Assembly: GCA_963674605.1 (NCBI GenBank)
Contig: OY771474.1
Coordinates: forward strand, 3,032,341-3,096,340
Length of the DNA stretch: 64,000 nucleotides
DNA from: an uncultured Desulfobacterium sp.
GTDB taxonomy: Bacteria; Desulfobacterota; Desulfobacteria; Desulfobacterales; Desulfobacteraceae
Reading direction: 5' to 3'
Below, piece after piece: positions 9,817-18,954 of the stretch (positions within the stretch are counted from its first letter, which is position 1; every line of letters begins with the position of its first letter). The position numbers were made by a program, and so were the translations under genes. The notes beneath the pieces were generated by a model. That model did not search any database and was not told the DNA's origin. It saw only the letters and a list, made by a program, of their open reading frames with translations.

Positions 9817-10551
9817 ATGCGAATTGCCGTTTTTTCAGATATTCATTCCAACCAGGAGGCCCTCCAGGCGTTTATCCGCCATGCCGCCCGCCAGGGCATT
9901 AACAAATATGTCTGCCTGGGAGACATTGTGGGATATGGAGCAAATCCCAACCAGTGCATTGCCATGCTGCAGACCCTTCCCGACATCTGTTTCATCCTCG
10001 GCAATCATGACAATGCCGCCGTGGGACAGCGCAGCAACATGAACGGTGATGCCAACGCTGTCATGGCGTGGACCCGGCAGCAACTTTCCGAACAGAACCT
10101 TGGTTTTTTAAAAAAAATGAAGGTGGTCATAAAACACGAGGATCTATTTTTCTGCCATGCCACCCCCTACAATCCCTTGAACTGGTCCTACATTGCACAA
10201 CGAAACATCATCTCAAAAACCTTTGCAAGGAGCCGGGCCAAAATTATATTTGCCGGCCATACCCATACGCCCTCGGCCATTACCCGGAAAAATTTTTTCT
10301 GCGTCTATGTCAAAAGCCCCCTGAATAAAAGTGTAATACCCGCCGCAACCCTGAAACGACAGATCTTTAACTGCGGCAGCATCGGGCAGCCCAGGGACGG
10401 TGATCCCCGGGCCTCCTACCTGATTTATGACATGAAAAAACAGATGGTGGAATTCCACCGGGTGACCTATGATCATGGCACGGCGGCCCAAAAAATCATG
10501 GATGCCGGTCTTCCGCCATCCCTGGCGCTTCGCCTGGCAACAGGTGTATAA
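9817..10551 (+). CDS. Metallophosphoesterase (calcineurin-like, YfcE/MJ0936 type)
   Basis: MRIAVFSDIHSN (motif I), GDIVGYG (motif II), GNHD (motif III), GHTH (motif V). Confidence 0.85.
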   Translation: MRIAVFSDIHSNQEALQAFIRHAARQGINKYVCLGDIVGYGANPNQCIAMLQTLPDICFILGNHDNAAVGQRSNMNGDANAVMAWTRQQLSEQNLGFLKKMKVVIKHEDLFFCHATPYNPLNWSYIAQRNIISKTFARSRAKIIFAGHTHTPSAITRKNFFCVYVKSPLNKSVIPAATLKRQIFNCGSIGQPRDGDPRASYLIYDMKKQMVEFHRVTYDHGTAAQKIMDAGLPPSLALRLATGV

Positions 10552-10556
10552 AAAGC

Positions 10557-11918
10557 TTAGCCGGGAATCACATGCCCGTCACCAAAACGGGGAAAAGTCC
10601 GGGAAAGATCCTCCAGCAGCACCAGTGCGCTGGGGTAACGTTTTTCAAGACTGATTTCCAGGCAGGTAAGAATGATGCGATTCAAATCCGCAGAGATATC
10701 CGGCTTAATGCTCACAGGGGGCACCACGTGCATCTCCATGGAAATGTCCATGGGAAAAGAACTGTTATCGTGGCAGAAGGGTAATCGATGCAGACTCAAA
10801 AGATAGAGAATAATACCCAGCGCCCACACATCCGTGGCCAGGCTGCTTTTGCCGTCAAACTGTTCCGGGGGCATGAAATCCAGGGTGCCTTCACTGTGAT
10901 CCCCCCCATCCTGCCACACAAGATCCCCGGCAATACCGAAATCCAGAAGCTTCACATTGCCTGTGGGACTGATGATGATATTATCGGGCTTGATATCCCT
11001 GTGCATGATACTGTGATGGTGGGCATAGGCAGTAACGGAAACAAGCTGGAGAAACACATCCTCTTTCTGACGGGAGGTCATCCCCGACTCAAACAGCTCC
11101 GCAAGGGTATGCCCCGGTACATACTCCTGGATCAGCACAAACCGATCGTCCTCCTTGACCACTTCAATCAGATGCACCACATTGGGATGGTGTATCAGGC
11201 GCTTTAGAATGGCGGCGGCCCGAAGGGCACTGGTATTCATCTTTCTATTATGGGCAATCTTGGCCACAGCCATCTTCCCGGTGTCAATTTCTCTGACCTT
11301 CCACACCACGCCATCCCCGCCGGAACCCAGTTTTTGAATGCGCTCCCATCGATTGAATATAGGCCGGATATTCTTGCCCGATATCTGGGAACCGGGTGTA
11401 AAAAAGGATATGCCTTCACGGAGAAATTCCACGATGCGATGCCATAATTGTGCCCCCCCCCGAAAATCAGAAGGCCTGCCCCCACTGCCACGCGGGGAAG
11501 TGCTGATCACATTCCGGGAAACAGAGGCGTGAACCATGGCCTGACCACACTCTAACAATACCAGAAACCGGATGGAAAACCGACCTTCATGCAGGGGGAG
11601 CAGGCAATAATCATCTGCCCCTGCCTTAATGTAGGCCGTGGTTTGTGCTGCCCACTTTTCCGGAAGCAGGACCAGAACCGGAACGGGCTTCATCAGCTGT
11701 CTCCGAATCCAGCGCAGTTTTCTAAGCTGACGTCCCTGGTTGCCATCCACCTGCAGGACCACCAGGCACACGGGCTTGCGCCTGAAAAAAGAGCCGGAAT
11801 CTGAAGGCACATCCTCAACGGGAATACAAAGCTCAATGTCAAAGGAAGAGATCAACCGCTTTATAAGGGCTGTCTCCGTTTCCCTTCCCCCCATCAGCAC
11901 AATGATTTCACTACCCAT
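10557..11918 (-). CDS. Ser/Thr protein kinase (Hanks type) with a degenerate N-terminal receiver-like domain
   Basis: Kinase motifs GSGGDGVVWKV, VAKI, HRDIKPDNIII, DFGIA, PPE. The N-terminal ~125 aa have receiver-like strand/helix periodicity but lack the acidic pocket (see finding). Confidence 0.85.
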   Translation of the reverse strand: MGSEIIVLMGGRETETALIKRLISSFDIELCIPVEDVPSDSGSFFRRKPVCLVVLQVDGNQGRQLRKLRWIRRQLMKPVPVLVLLPEKWAAQTTAYIKAGADDYCLLPLHEGRFSIRFLVLLECGQAMVHASVSRNVISTSPRGSGGRPSDFRGGAQLWHRIVEFLREGISFFTPGSQISGKNIRPIFNRWERIQKLGSGGDGVVWKVREIDTGKMAVAKIAHNRKMNTSALRAAAILKRLIHHPNVVHLIEVVKEDDRFVLIQEYVPGHTLAELFESGMTSRQKEDVFLQLVSVTAYAHHHSIMHRDIKPDNIIISPTGNVKLLDFGIAGDLVWQDGGDHSEGTLDFMPPEQFDGKSSLATDVWALGIILYLLSLHRLPFCHDNSSFPMDISMEMHVVPPVSIKPDISADLNRIILTCLEISLEKRYPSALVLLEDLSRTFPRFGDGHVIPG

Positions 11919-11926
11919 GGCTTCCC

Positions 11927-13309
11927 CTATGACTGGTGCCTGGACCTCCCGTCCACATCGGGCAGGGTGATCCCAAGGCGGTTGATTTTTCTAAAAAGAG
12001 TGCTTTTATGCATCCCCAAAGCCCGGGCAGCAGCCTTGCGATTATAATGATTTTTTTCCAGCGCCCCCATGATGACACGAAACTCAGCCGATTTCACAGG
12101 ATCCCACGAAGCGGGACCATGGCTGTGTGCATCAAACTGTCGGGTTAATTTCACCGGCAGATGGTTCAGCTGGATATCGCCTTCACTGCAGAGAACAAAG
12201 GCATGCTCTATGATATTTTCCAACTCCCTGACGTTGCCGGGAAAGGTATGACCCATGAGAAGCGCAAGGGCCTGCTGGTCCATGCCTCGAACGGATTTCC
12301 CCCGCTGGACATTGAGGCAGCCAATGAAATGATCCACCAGAAGCGGCATATCTTCCATGCGTTCTCTTAAAGGAGGCAGGTTCAGCTGAACCACATTCAG
12401 ACGATAATACAAATCCTGGCGAAAGGACTGATCTGCCACCATTTCTTCAAGATTCTTATTGGAAGCAGAAATAATCCGCACATCTGCCCGTTCTTTTCTA
12501 ATGGCTCCAAGGGGCTGGAACTCCCGGGTTTCCAGCACCCGGAGCAGGCGCACCTGGAAGGCCGGACTGGTATCTCCGATTTCATCTAAAAAAATAGTCC
12601 CCCCCCGGGCCTGGGAAAAAAGCCCCGGTTTGTCCTTTACGGCATGGGTGAAGGCCCCGGCTTTATATCCGAACAGTTCCGATTCCAGCAGAGAATCGGG
12701 CAATGCCCCGCAGTTAATGGCCACAAAAGGTTCATTTTTTCGATGACTCAAGCCGTGGATGGCCTTTGCCATGAGTTCTTTTCCAGTACCGGTTTCTCCA
12801 CCGATCACCACGGTGCTGTCACTTTCCGCTATCTGGGGAAGCACATTGAAGATATCTTTTATGACCGCACACCGGCTGATGATATCCCCCATCTTCCAGG
12901 TACCGGACAATTTTTTTCTCAACTCTTCCACCAGACTGTGATCCCGAAAGGTTTCAACCCCCCCCAGCACCCTGCCGTCATGATCCCTTAAAAGGGAGGT
13001 GGAAACCGTTATGGGAACCTGCCCACCGTCCCTTCGGGTGATATGTGTGGCGGAACTGACAAATGACTTACCTTCCTTCATGGTTTTTTTCAGGGCACAC
13101 TCTTCACCGCACATGTTCGACTGAAAAACCTCCCAGCATTTTCTGCCGATGGCCTCTTGGGCATCCACACCGGTAATCTTTCCTGCGGCACGATTAAAGG
13201 ACATGATTCTCCAGTCCTCATCCACTGTGAACACTCCATCGGAAATACTCTCCAGAATTGTCTCTGTGGTACTCAAATCAAAGAGACCGTTGCCATACTT
13301 GTTTTTCAT
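11927..13309 (-). CDS. Sigma-54-dependent transcriptional activator (PAS - AAA+ - Fis-type HTH)
   Basis: PAS N-terminus. Walker A GETGTGKE and GAFTHA (GAFTGA-equivalent sigma-54 contact loop). Arg-finger region and C-terminal HTH (AAARALGMHKSTLFRKI). Lies 8 nt upstream of the kinase gene. Confidence 0.9.
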   Translation of the reverse strand: MKNKYGNGLFDLSTTETILESISDGVFTVDEDWRIMSFNRAAGKITGVDAQEAIGRKCWEVFQSNMCGEECALKKTMKEGKSFVSSATHITRRDGGQVPITVSTSLLRDHDGRVLGGVETFRDHSLVEELRKKLSGTWKMGDIISRCAVIKDIFNVLPQIAESDSTVVIGGETGTGKELMAKAIHGLSHRKNEPFVAINCGALPDSLLESELFGYKAGAFTHAVKDKPGLFSQARGGTIFLDEIGDTSPAFQVRLLRVLETREFQPLGAIRKERADVRIISASNKNLEEMVADQSFRQDLYYRLNVVQLNLPPLRERMEDMPLLVDHFIGCLNVQRGKSVRGMDQQALALLMGHTFPGNVRELENIIEHAFVLCSEGDIQLNHLPVKLTRQFDAHSHGPASWDPVKSAEFRVIMGALEKNHYNRKAAARALGMHKSTLFRKINRLGITLPDVDGRSRHQS

Positions 13310-13335
13310 TATATTTTTTCACCATTCTTTACTTT

Positions 13336-13430
13336 GGGCCTGGTCATAACAGGGGCCACCCGTCACATTTGATGGGCCAACGGAGTCAGGCCTATATCAT
13401 TGGTGTTATCGACCAAAGCCGGGGCAAGCC
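13336..13430. repeat. Half copy of a type-A MITE (reverse orientation), interrupted by the type-B element to its right
   Basis: gggcctggtcataacaggggccacccgtcacatttgatgggccaacggagtcaggcc... matches the reverse complement of the right half of the 50084-50250 copy. Confidence 0.6.
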
Positions 13431-13435
13431 AGAAA

Positions 13436-13632
13436 GGGCGCATTCCCATTTTCCCGCTTTGCTCACAACATGGTTTATTTGTCACAATTAGCGGAGCCAA
13501 CGGGGTCAGGCTTGTGTTATTGTGATTTTGTCAAGAACCTGTGTTTAAAGGCAAATTTAAACAAAAGCGTCAATAACGCAAGCCTGACCCCTCCCTGATT
13601 AAGTGTCAAGCCGGGAAAATGGGAATGCACCC
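13436..13632. mobile_element. MITE-like element, type B short variant (197 bp)
   Basis: TIRs are gggcgcattcccattttcccgc ... ccgggaaaatgggaatgcaccc. Flanks are GCCAGAAA and GCCCGAAA, a 7/8 duplication. Confidence 0.8.
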
Positions 13633-13951
13633 AGCCCGAAATGACATCGATAGTGCCCAGAACGCAAGCCCGCCCGCTCTCCCAAGTGGCCTCTTTACTA
13701 AATCAAGGGCTTGATGGGAACATCAGCCAATCAGTGCCTGGTCACAAGTCAAAACTCAATGATCCATTGAGTAAAGGATTTATGTTTTTTTGTCATGTCT
13801 TTTCTCAACAAAGAAACGCATTTCTGAAATCCTGCAGATCATACCGTCGCACATATGCACCTTTACATACCTGTGGTCGCTCCCACCATTAAAGACTCAA
13901 CATACTGATAAGATAACATATTTTTCAAGGCATCTCCTTTAAAAAAAGCAA

Positions 13952-13967
13952 TGGCATATTTTATGCT
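13952..13967 (+). promoter_or_regulatory. Candidate sigma-54 (-24/-12) promoter for the downstream selenoprotein gene
   Basis: TGGCATATTTTATGCT compared with the consensus TGGCAC-N5-TTGCW. GG and GC are at the canonical spacing, 96 nt upstream of the TTG start. A sigma-54 activator gene is divergent. Confidence 0.6.
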
Positions 13968-14062
13968 GTTAGTATTCCGGATATTTAAATGTACTGGAGA
14001 TGGATTTTATCTGAGAAGAGATCCTGAGAAGTCTTTTCCATCACAATTCAGGAGGAAAAATA

Positions 14063-15382
14063 TTGAGCGAACCTGCTATCAAATTGAGCAACAAAAAACG
14101 TACTACGTTTATGGACAAGGTCAAAGAGATACTGCCCGAAGGCGGTAATTTAAATCTCTGTCTGACCTGTGGCGCCTGTTCATCGGGTTGTCCTGCCACG
14201 GGCCTTGCCGGCATGGACCCCAGAAAGTTCCTGCGCATGGCAGCACTTGGCATGGATGATGAAATTGCAGCCTCGGACTGGCCCTGGATGTGCACCATGT
14301 GCATGCGCTGTATACATGTCTGCCCCATGGAAATTGATATTCCCCAGCTGGTCTACAATGCAAGGGCCCTGCGACCCAGGGAAGAAAGACCCAAGGGAAT
14401 CCTTGGTTCCTGTGACATGGCCCTTAGAAATGCCAGCACCAGCGCCATGGGCACAGCCCCGGATGATTTTGTTTTTGTTGTGGAAGATGTGGTCGAGGAA
14501 TATCGGGAAGCCCAGCCGGAATTTGCCGAGATGGAAGCCCCCATTGACAAAGAAGGGGCAGAATTTTTTCTGAACCAGAATTCAAGGGAACCGGTTACCG
14601 AACCTGATGAACTGGTACCCCTGTGGAAAATTCTCCACCTGGCCGGTGTGGACTGGACCTACGGCAGTGAAGGATGGGCAGGAGAGAACTACTGCATGTT
14701 CCTGGCCGATGATGATGCCTGGAAACATATCACCACCACAACAGCCAATCAGGCCACAAAGCTGGGGTGCAAGACGTTTCTCAACACCGAGTGAGGGCAC
14801 GTCACATTCTCAGTCCGGGCCGGACTGAAAAAATTCAACATTCCCCACGAATTTGAAGTAAAAAATATCTATGAATACTATGCCAAATGGATCCGGGAAG
14901 GCCGATTAAAGGTCAATTCCGACTGGAACAAGGACTTGAAAATCAAGTTCACCGTCCAGGATCCCTGTCAGATTGTCCGAAAAAGCTATGGGGATGCCAT
15001 TGCCGATGATCTTCGCTTTGTGGTGAAATCCGTGGTGGGGGAAGAAAATTTTATCGACATGACCCCCAACAAATCCAACAACTTCTGCTGCGGCGGCGGT
15101 GGCGGGTTTCTCCAATCCGGATTCAAGGATGAACGCCTGATTTACGGAAAGATCAAAGATGATCAGATCAAGGCCACCGGTGCCGATTACTGCATCGCTG
15201 CCTGCCATAACTGCCATGCACAAATCCATGAACTCAGTGAACATTACGGCGGCAATTACCCCGTGGTTCATCTGTGGTCCTTAATTGCCCTTTCTCTCGG
15301 GATTTTGGGTCCCAATGAAAGGGAATATCTGGGGGATGATCTCAAAGAGGTCAATGTATTCCACCCGGAAACTGCCATGTAA
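14063..15382 (+). CDS. Selenocysteine-containing Fe-S oxidoreductase (HdrD/GlpC-like: 2x[4Fe-4S] ferredoxin motifs + CCG cysteine-rich domains). The in-frame UGA at 14792-14794 is read as Sec.
   Basis: The two track ORFs (14063-14794 and 14936-15382) share one frame, and the TGA is the only stop between them. CLTCGACSSGCP and CTMCMRCIHVCP cluster motifs. CCG motif FCCGGGGG ... CHNC. A hairpin lies 19 nt after the UGA. RBS AGGAGG precedes the TTG start. Confidence 0.75.
14811..14827 (+). promoter_or_regulatory. Candidate bacterial SECIS hairpin
   Basis: cagtccg-ggc-cggactg: perfect 7-bp stem with a G-containing apical loop. It starts 19 nt downstream of the U of the in-frame UGA. Confidence 0.6.
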
Positions 15383-15413
15383 AACTGCTTCACCCATGCA
15401 GTAACTGGCGATC

Positions 15414-15442
15414 GGGAAGCCGTTGGGCGCGGCTTCCCGTTT
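15414..15442 (+). terminator. Possible intrinsic terminator after the selenoprotein gene
   Basis: gggaagccg-ttgggcg-cggcttccc followed by gttt. The U-tract is weak. Confidence 0.35.
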
Positions 15443-15834
15443 CCCCCTATCCATGCCGCCCCTGCCGATTAAAACATCTCCCCCCCCCCTGAAAAAAATC
15501 AAGAACATCTGAACTAAATAAATTCATCAATGCGGTGTACTCCAGAGCCATAAATTCTCATAACCTCTTGAAATTATTATACCAGGTCCAATGAATTCTC
15601 AAAGCCCAGACTTAATGATTTCAATGGGTTACCTAAAATCAAAAGAAACCATGGTGAGAACTTATGACTGACGAGTGGTGTAAATCTTCAGCTCGTGTCC
15701 ATGCCACCGCGCAGTCCCCAAAAAACATCTTTACCTAAAGGCACAACCCATTGTATATAGTGACTTAATTCAATACAAATAATCAAATATCATGACAAGC
15801 AACGGCATCTTGCCTTTTGAATAGGAGTTTTTTT

Positions 15835-17748
15835 GTGAATCATACCCTGGAACGGTGGAATACCACCAAATCCACAGACATCTACGGTGTTGAGGAATGG
15901 AGCGGCGGCTATTTCCACATTGCCGACAACGGTGAACTTATGGTGATGCCCTCACCGGGTGAAAAAGATCGGGCAGTGAGCATCAAACATATTGTTGAAG
16001 GCATCCGGGATCGCGGTCTGGACATGCCCGTACTGTTAAGAATTGAAAATATTTTAGATTCCCAGATTGCATCCCTGAACAACTGCTTTGCCCAGGCCAT
16101 GAAAGCCCTTAATTACAAAGGCAGATTCATGGGAGCCTACCCCATCAAGGTGAATCAGCAGCAACAGGTCATTGAAGCCATCACCCACTTCGGATCCCGG
16201 TATCACCATGGCCTGGAGGCGGGCAGCAAGGCAGAACTGGTGGCAGCCATGGGTATGCTCACCGATAAAAAAGCGCCCCTGATCTGCAATGGCTACAAGG
16301 ACGAAGAGTTCATTGATCTGGGGCTTTATGCCTCCAAAATTGGCTACAAATGTATCCTGGTGCTGGAAATGCCCAGTGAACTGCCCCTGATCATCGAACG
16401 TTCCAGAAAGCTGGGAGCCAAACCCATACTTGGCATTCGCATCAAGCTTGCGGCCCAGGCCGGAGGACACTGGGGAGAATCCGGCGGAGAAAGAAGCATA
16501 TTCGGTCTCAACACCACCCAAATGATTGAAGCGGTGGATCTTCTTGCCCAAGAGGGCATGCTGGACTGCCTGCAGATGGTTCATTACCACCTGGGCTCCC
16601 AGATATCCAATATCCGGGAGATCAGAACAGCCGTGAATGAAGCCTGCCGGGTCTATGCAGGTCTTGCCATGGAAGGAGCCAATGTAAACTATCTGGATCT
16701 GGGGGGCGGACTTGCCGTTGACTATGATGGCTCCCAATCCAATTTTTTAAGCAGCCGTAACTACACCTTAAGCGAGTACTGCACCGACATCATTGAGGCG
16801 GTGATGACCTCCCTTGATGAGGTGAACATCCCCCATCCTGTCATCATCACGGAATCGGGCAGAGCCCTGGTGGCCTACTACTCCATGCTCATCTTCAATG
16901 TTCTGGACGTCACCCGGTTTCAGCCGGAACCCCTTCCGGAAATCCTGCCGGACACCTGCCCTGCCCAGATCCGATATATGTACGATTCCCTGAAAGAACT
17001 TTCCATCCGGAACCTGCAGGAGTGCTTCAATGACATCATCTACTACCGGGATGAAGTCCGACAGATGTTCAATCACGGCAAAATGTCCCTCCGGGAACGA
17101 TCTCTGGCGGAAAAAATCTTCTGGACCACCATCAATGAAGTGGCAAGACTTTCCAGGGAGTTAAAGCATGTGGCACCGGAAATTGCCGACATAGAGCGGG
17201 TGCTGTCTGATATTTACTACTGCAACTTCAGCGTATTTCAGTCATTGCCTGATGCCTGGGCCATTGATCAGCTGTTTCCGGTGATGCCCATCCACAGGCT
17301 CCATGAAGAACCCACCAGAAAGGGAATCATTGCCGACATCACCTGCGACTGTGACGGCAAGATAGACCGGTTCATAGATCGTAAAAGTGTCAAACGCTTT
17401 CTGCCCCTGCATGAACTCACCGATGGCCAGGAATACTATCTGGCCACCTTTCTGGTGGGGGCCTACCAGGAAACCCTGGGGGATCTGCATAATCTGCTGG
17501 GGGATACCAATGTGGTCACTGTCAGGGTCCTTGAAAACGGAGAATATGAGTTTGTGGGAGAACTGGAAGGCGACTCTGTGGCCGATATTCTCTCCTATGT
17601 GGAATACGATCCCAAACGACTCCTGGTCCGTTTCAGAAAAACCGCAGAAAAAGCCGTGCGCCACGGCAACATCACGGCCCAGGAACGTCGGGAAATCATG
17701 CAGGCCTATGAAATGGGTCTCCGGGGCTACACCTATTTTGAAAGGTAA
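15835..17748 (+). CDS. speA: Biosynthetic arginine decarboxylase
   Basis: Typical SpeA N-terminus (WNTTKSTDIYGVEEWSGGYF), a PLP-binding fold and the expected length. The GTG start at 15835 is preferred over the track TTG at 15817 because AGGAG lies 7 nt upstream. Confidence 0.9.
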   Translation: MNHTLERWNTTKSTDIYGVEEWSGGYFHIADNGELMVMPSPGEKDRAVSIKHIVEGIRDRGLDMPVLLRIENILDSQIASLNNCFAQAMKALNYKGRFMGAYPIKVNQQQQVIEAITHFGSRYHHGLEAGSKAELVAAMGMLTDKKAPLICNGYKDEEFIDLGLYASKIGYKCILVLEMPSELPLIIERSRKLGAKPILGIRIKLAAQAGGHWGESGGERSIFGLNTTQMIEAVDLLAQEGMLDCLQMVHYHLGSQISNIREIRTAVNEACRVYAGLAMEGANVNYLDLGGGLAVDYDGSQSNFLSSRNYTLSEYCTDIIEAVMTSLDEVNIPHPVIITESGRALVAYYSMLIFNVLDVTRFQPEPLPEILPDTCPAQIRYMYDSLKELSIRNLQECFNDIIYYRDEVRQMFNHGKMSLRERSLAEKIFWTTINEVARLSRELKHVAPEIADIERVLSDIYYCNFSVFQSLPDAWAIDQLFPVMPIHRLHEEPTRKGIIADITCDCDGKIDRFIDRKSVKRFLPLHELTDGQEYYLATFLVGAYQETLGDLHNLLGDTNVVTVRVLENGEYEFVGELEGDSVADILSYVEYDPKRLLVRFRKTAEKAVRHGNITAQERREIMQAYEMGLRGYTYFER

Positions 17749-17763
17749 AAAAGGAGAATTTAA

Positions 17764-18954
17764 ATGTCAAAGGTATTAATCGTCGGAGCCGGGGGAGTGG
17801 GCAGTGTCACCACCCACAAATGCGCCCAGCTATCAGATATATTTACGGAAATTGTACTTGCCAGCCGAACCCTGTCCAAATGTGATGCCATTGCCCGGGA
17901 CATCCTTGAACGCACCGGCAAACAAATCACCACGGCCTGTCTGGATGCGGATAATGTAAAAGAAACCATTGCCTTCATTGAAAAGGTAAAGCCCGATGTG
18001 GTGGTGAACCTGGCCCTGCCATACCAGGACCTGCCCCTGATGGATGCCTGCCTTGCCACCGGGGTGGATTATCTGGACACGGCCAACTACGAGCCCCCGG
18101 ATGAGGCAAAGTTTGAATATAAATGGCAATGGGCCTACCGGGAAAAGTTTGAAGCAAAGGGACTCATGGCCCTGCTGGGTTCCGGGTTTGATCCAGGCGT
18201 CACCAATGTCTTCTGCGCCTGGGCCCAGAAGCATCACTTTGATGAAATTCATACCCTTGACATCATTGACTGCAATGCCGGGGACCACGGCCAGCACTTT
18301 GCCACCAACTTCAACCCGGAAATCAACATCCGGGAGATCACCCAGCGGGGCCGGTACTGGGAGCATGGCGAATGGGTGGAAACCGATCCCCTGTCCTGGT
18401 CCATGGACTATGATTTCCCCGAAGGCATCGGCAGCAAGAAATGCTATCTCATGTACCATGAGGAGCTGGAATCCCTGGTGATGCATCTCAAGGGCCTTAA
18501 ACGAGCCCGGTTCTGGATGACCTTTTCCCAGCAGTACTTAACCCACCTGAAAGTTCTTGAAAATGTGGGCATGACCGGCATTGACCCTGTAAATTACAAC
18601 GGCCAGGAGATTATTCCGTTAAAGTTTCTCAAGGCGGTGCTGCCGGAACCGGCATCCTTAGGTCCCCTTACCCAGGGTCGCACCTGCATTGGATGTTTAC
18701 TAAAGGGTATCAAGGACGGCAAAGAAAAAACCCTGTATGTATATAATATCTGCAGCCATGAAGAGGCCTTCAAAGAGGTGGGCTCCCAGGCCATCTCCTA
18801 CACCACCGGCGTACCAGCCATGATCGGTGCCATGCTCATGCTCCAGAAGAAATGGCATAAAAAAGGGGTGTGGCACATGGAACAGTTTGATCCAGATCCC
18901 TTCATGGATGCCTTGAACGCCCATGGCCTTCCCTGGAAAGCGGTGGAACTTTAA
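17764..18954 (+). CDS. Carboxy(nor)spermidine dehydrogenase (saccharopine dehydrogenase family)
   Basis: N-terminal Rossmann motif VGAGGVGS. Saccharopine-dehydrogenase-like C-terminal domain. Positioned between speA and nspC. Confidence 0.8.
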   Translation: MSKVLIVGAGGVGSVTTHKCAQLSDIFTEIVLASRTLSKCDAIARDILERTGKQITTACLDADNVKETIAFIEKVKPDVVVNLALPYQDLPLMDACLATGVDYLDTANYEPPDEAKFEYKWQWAYREKFEAKGLMALLGSGFDPGVTNVFCAWAQKHHFDEIHTLDIIDCNAGDHGQHFATNFNPEINIREITQRGRYWEHGEWVETDPLSWSMDYDFPEGIGSKKCYLMYHEELESLVMHLKGLKRARFWMTFSQQYLTHLKVLENVGMTGIDPVNYNGQEIIPLKFLKAVLPEPASLGPLTQGRTCIGCLLKGIKDGKEKTLYVYNICSHEEAFKEVGSQAISYTTGVPAMIGAMLMLQKKWHKKGVWHMEQFDPDPFMDALNAHGLPWKAVEL

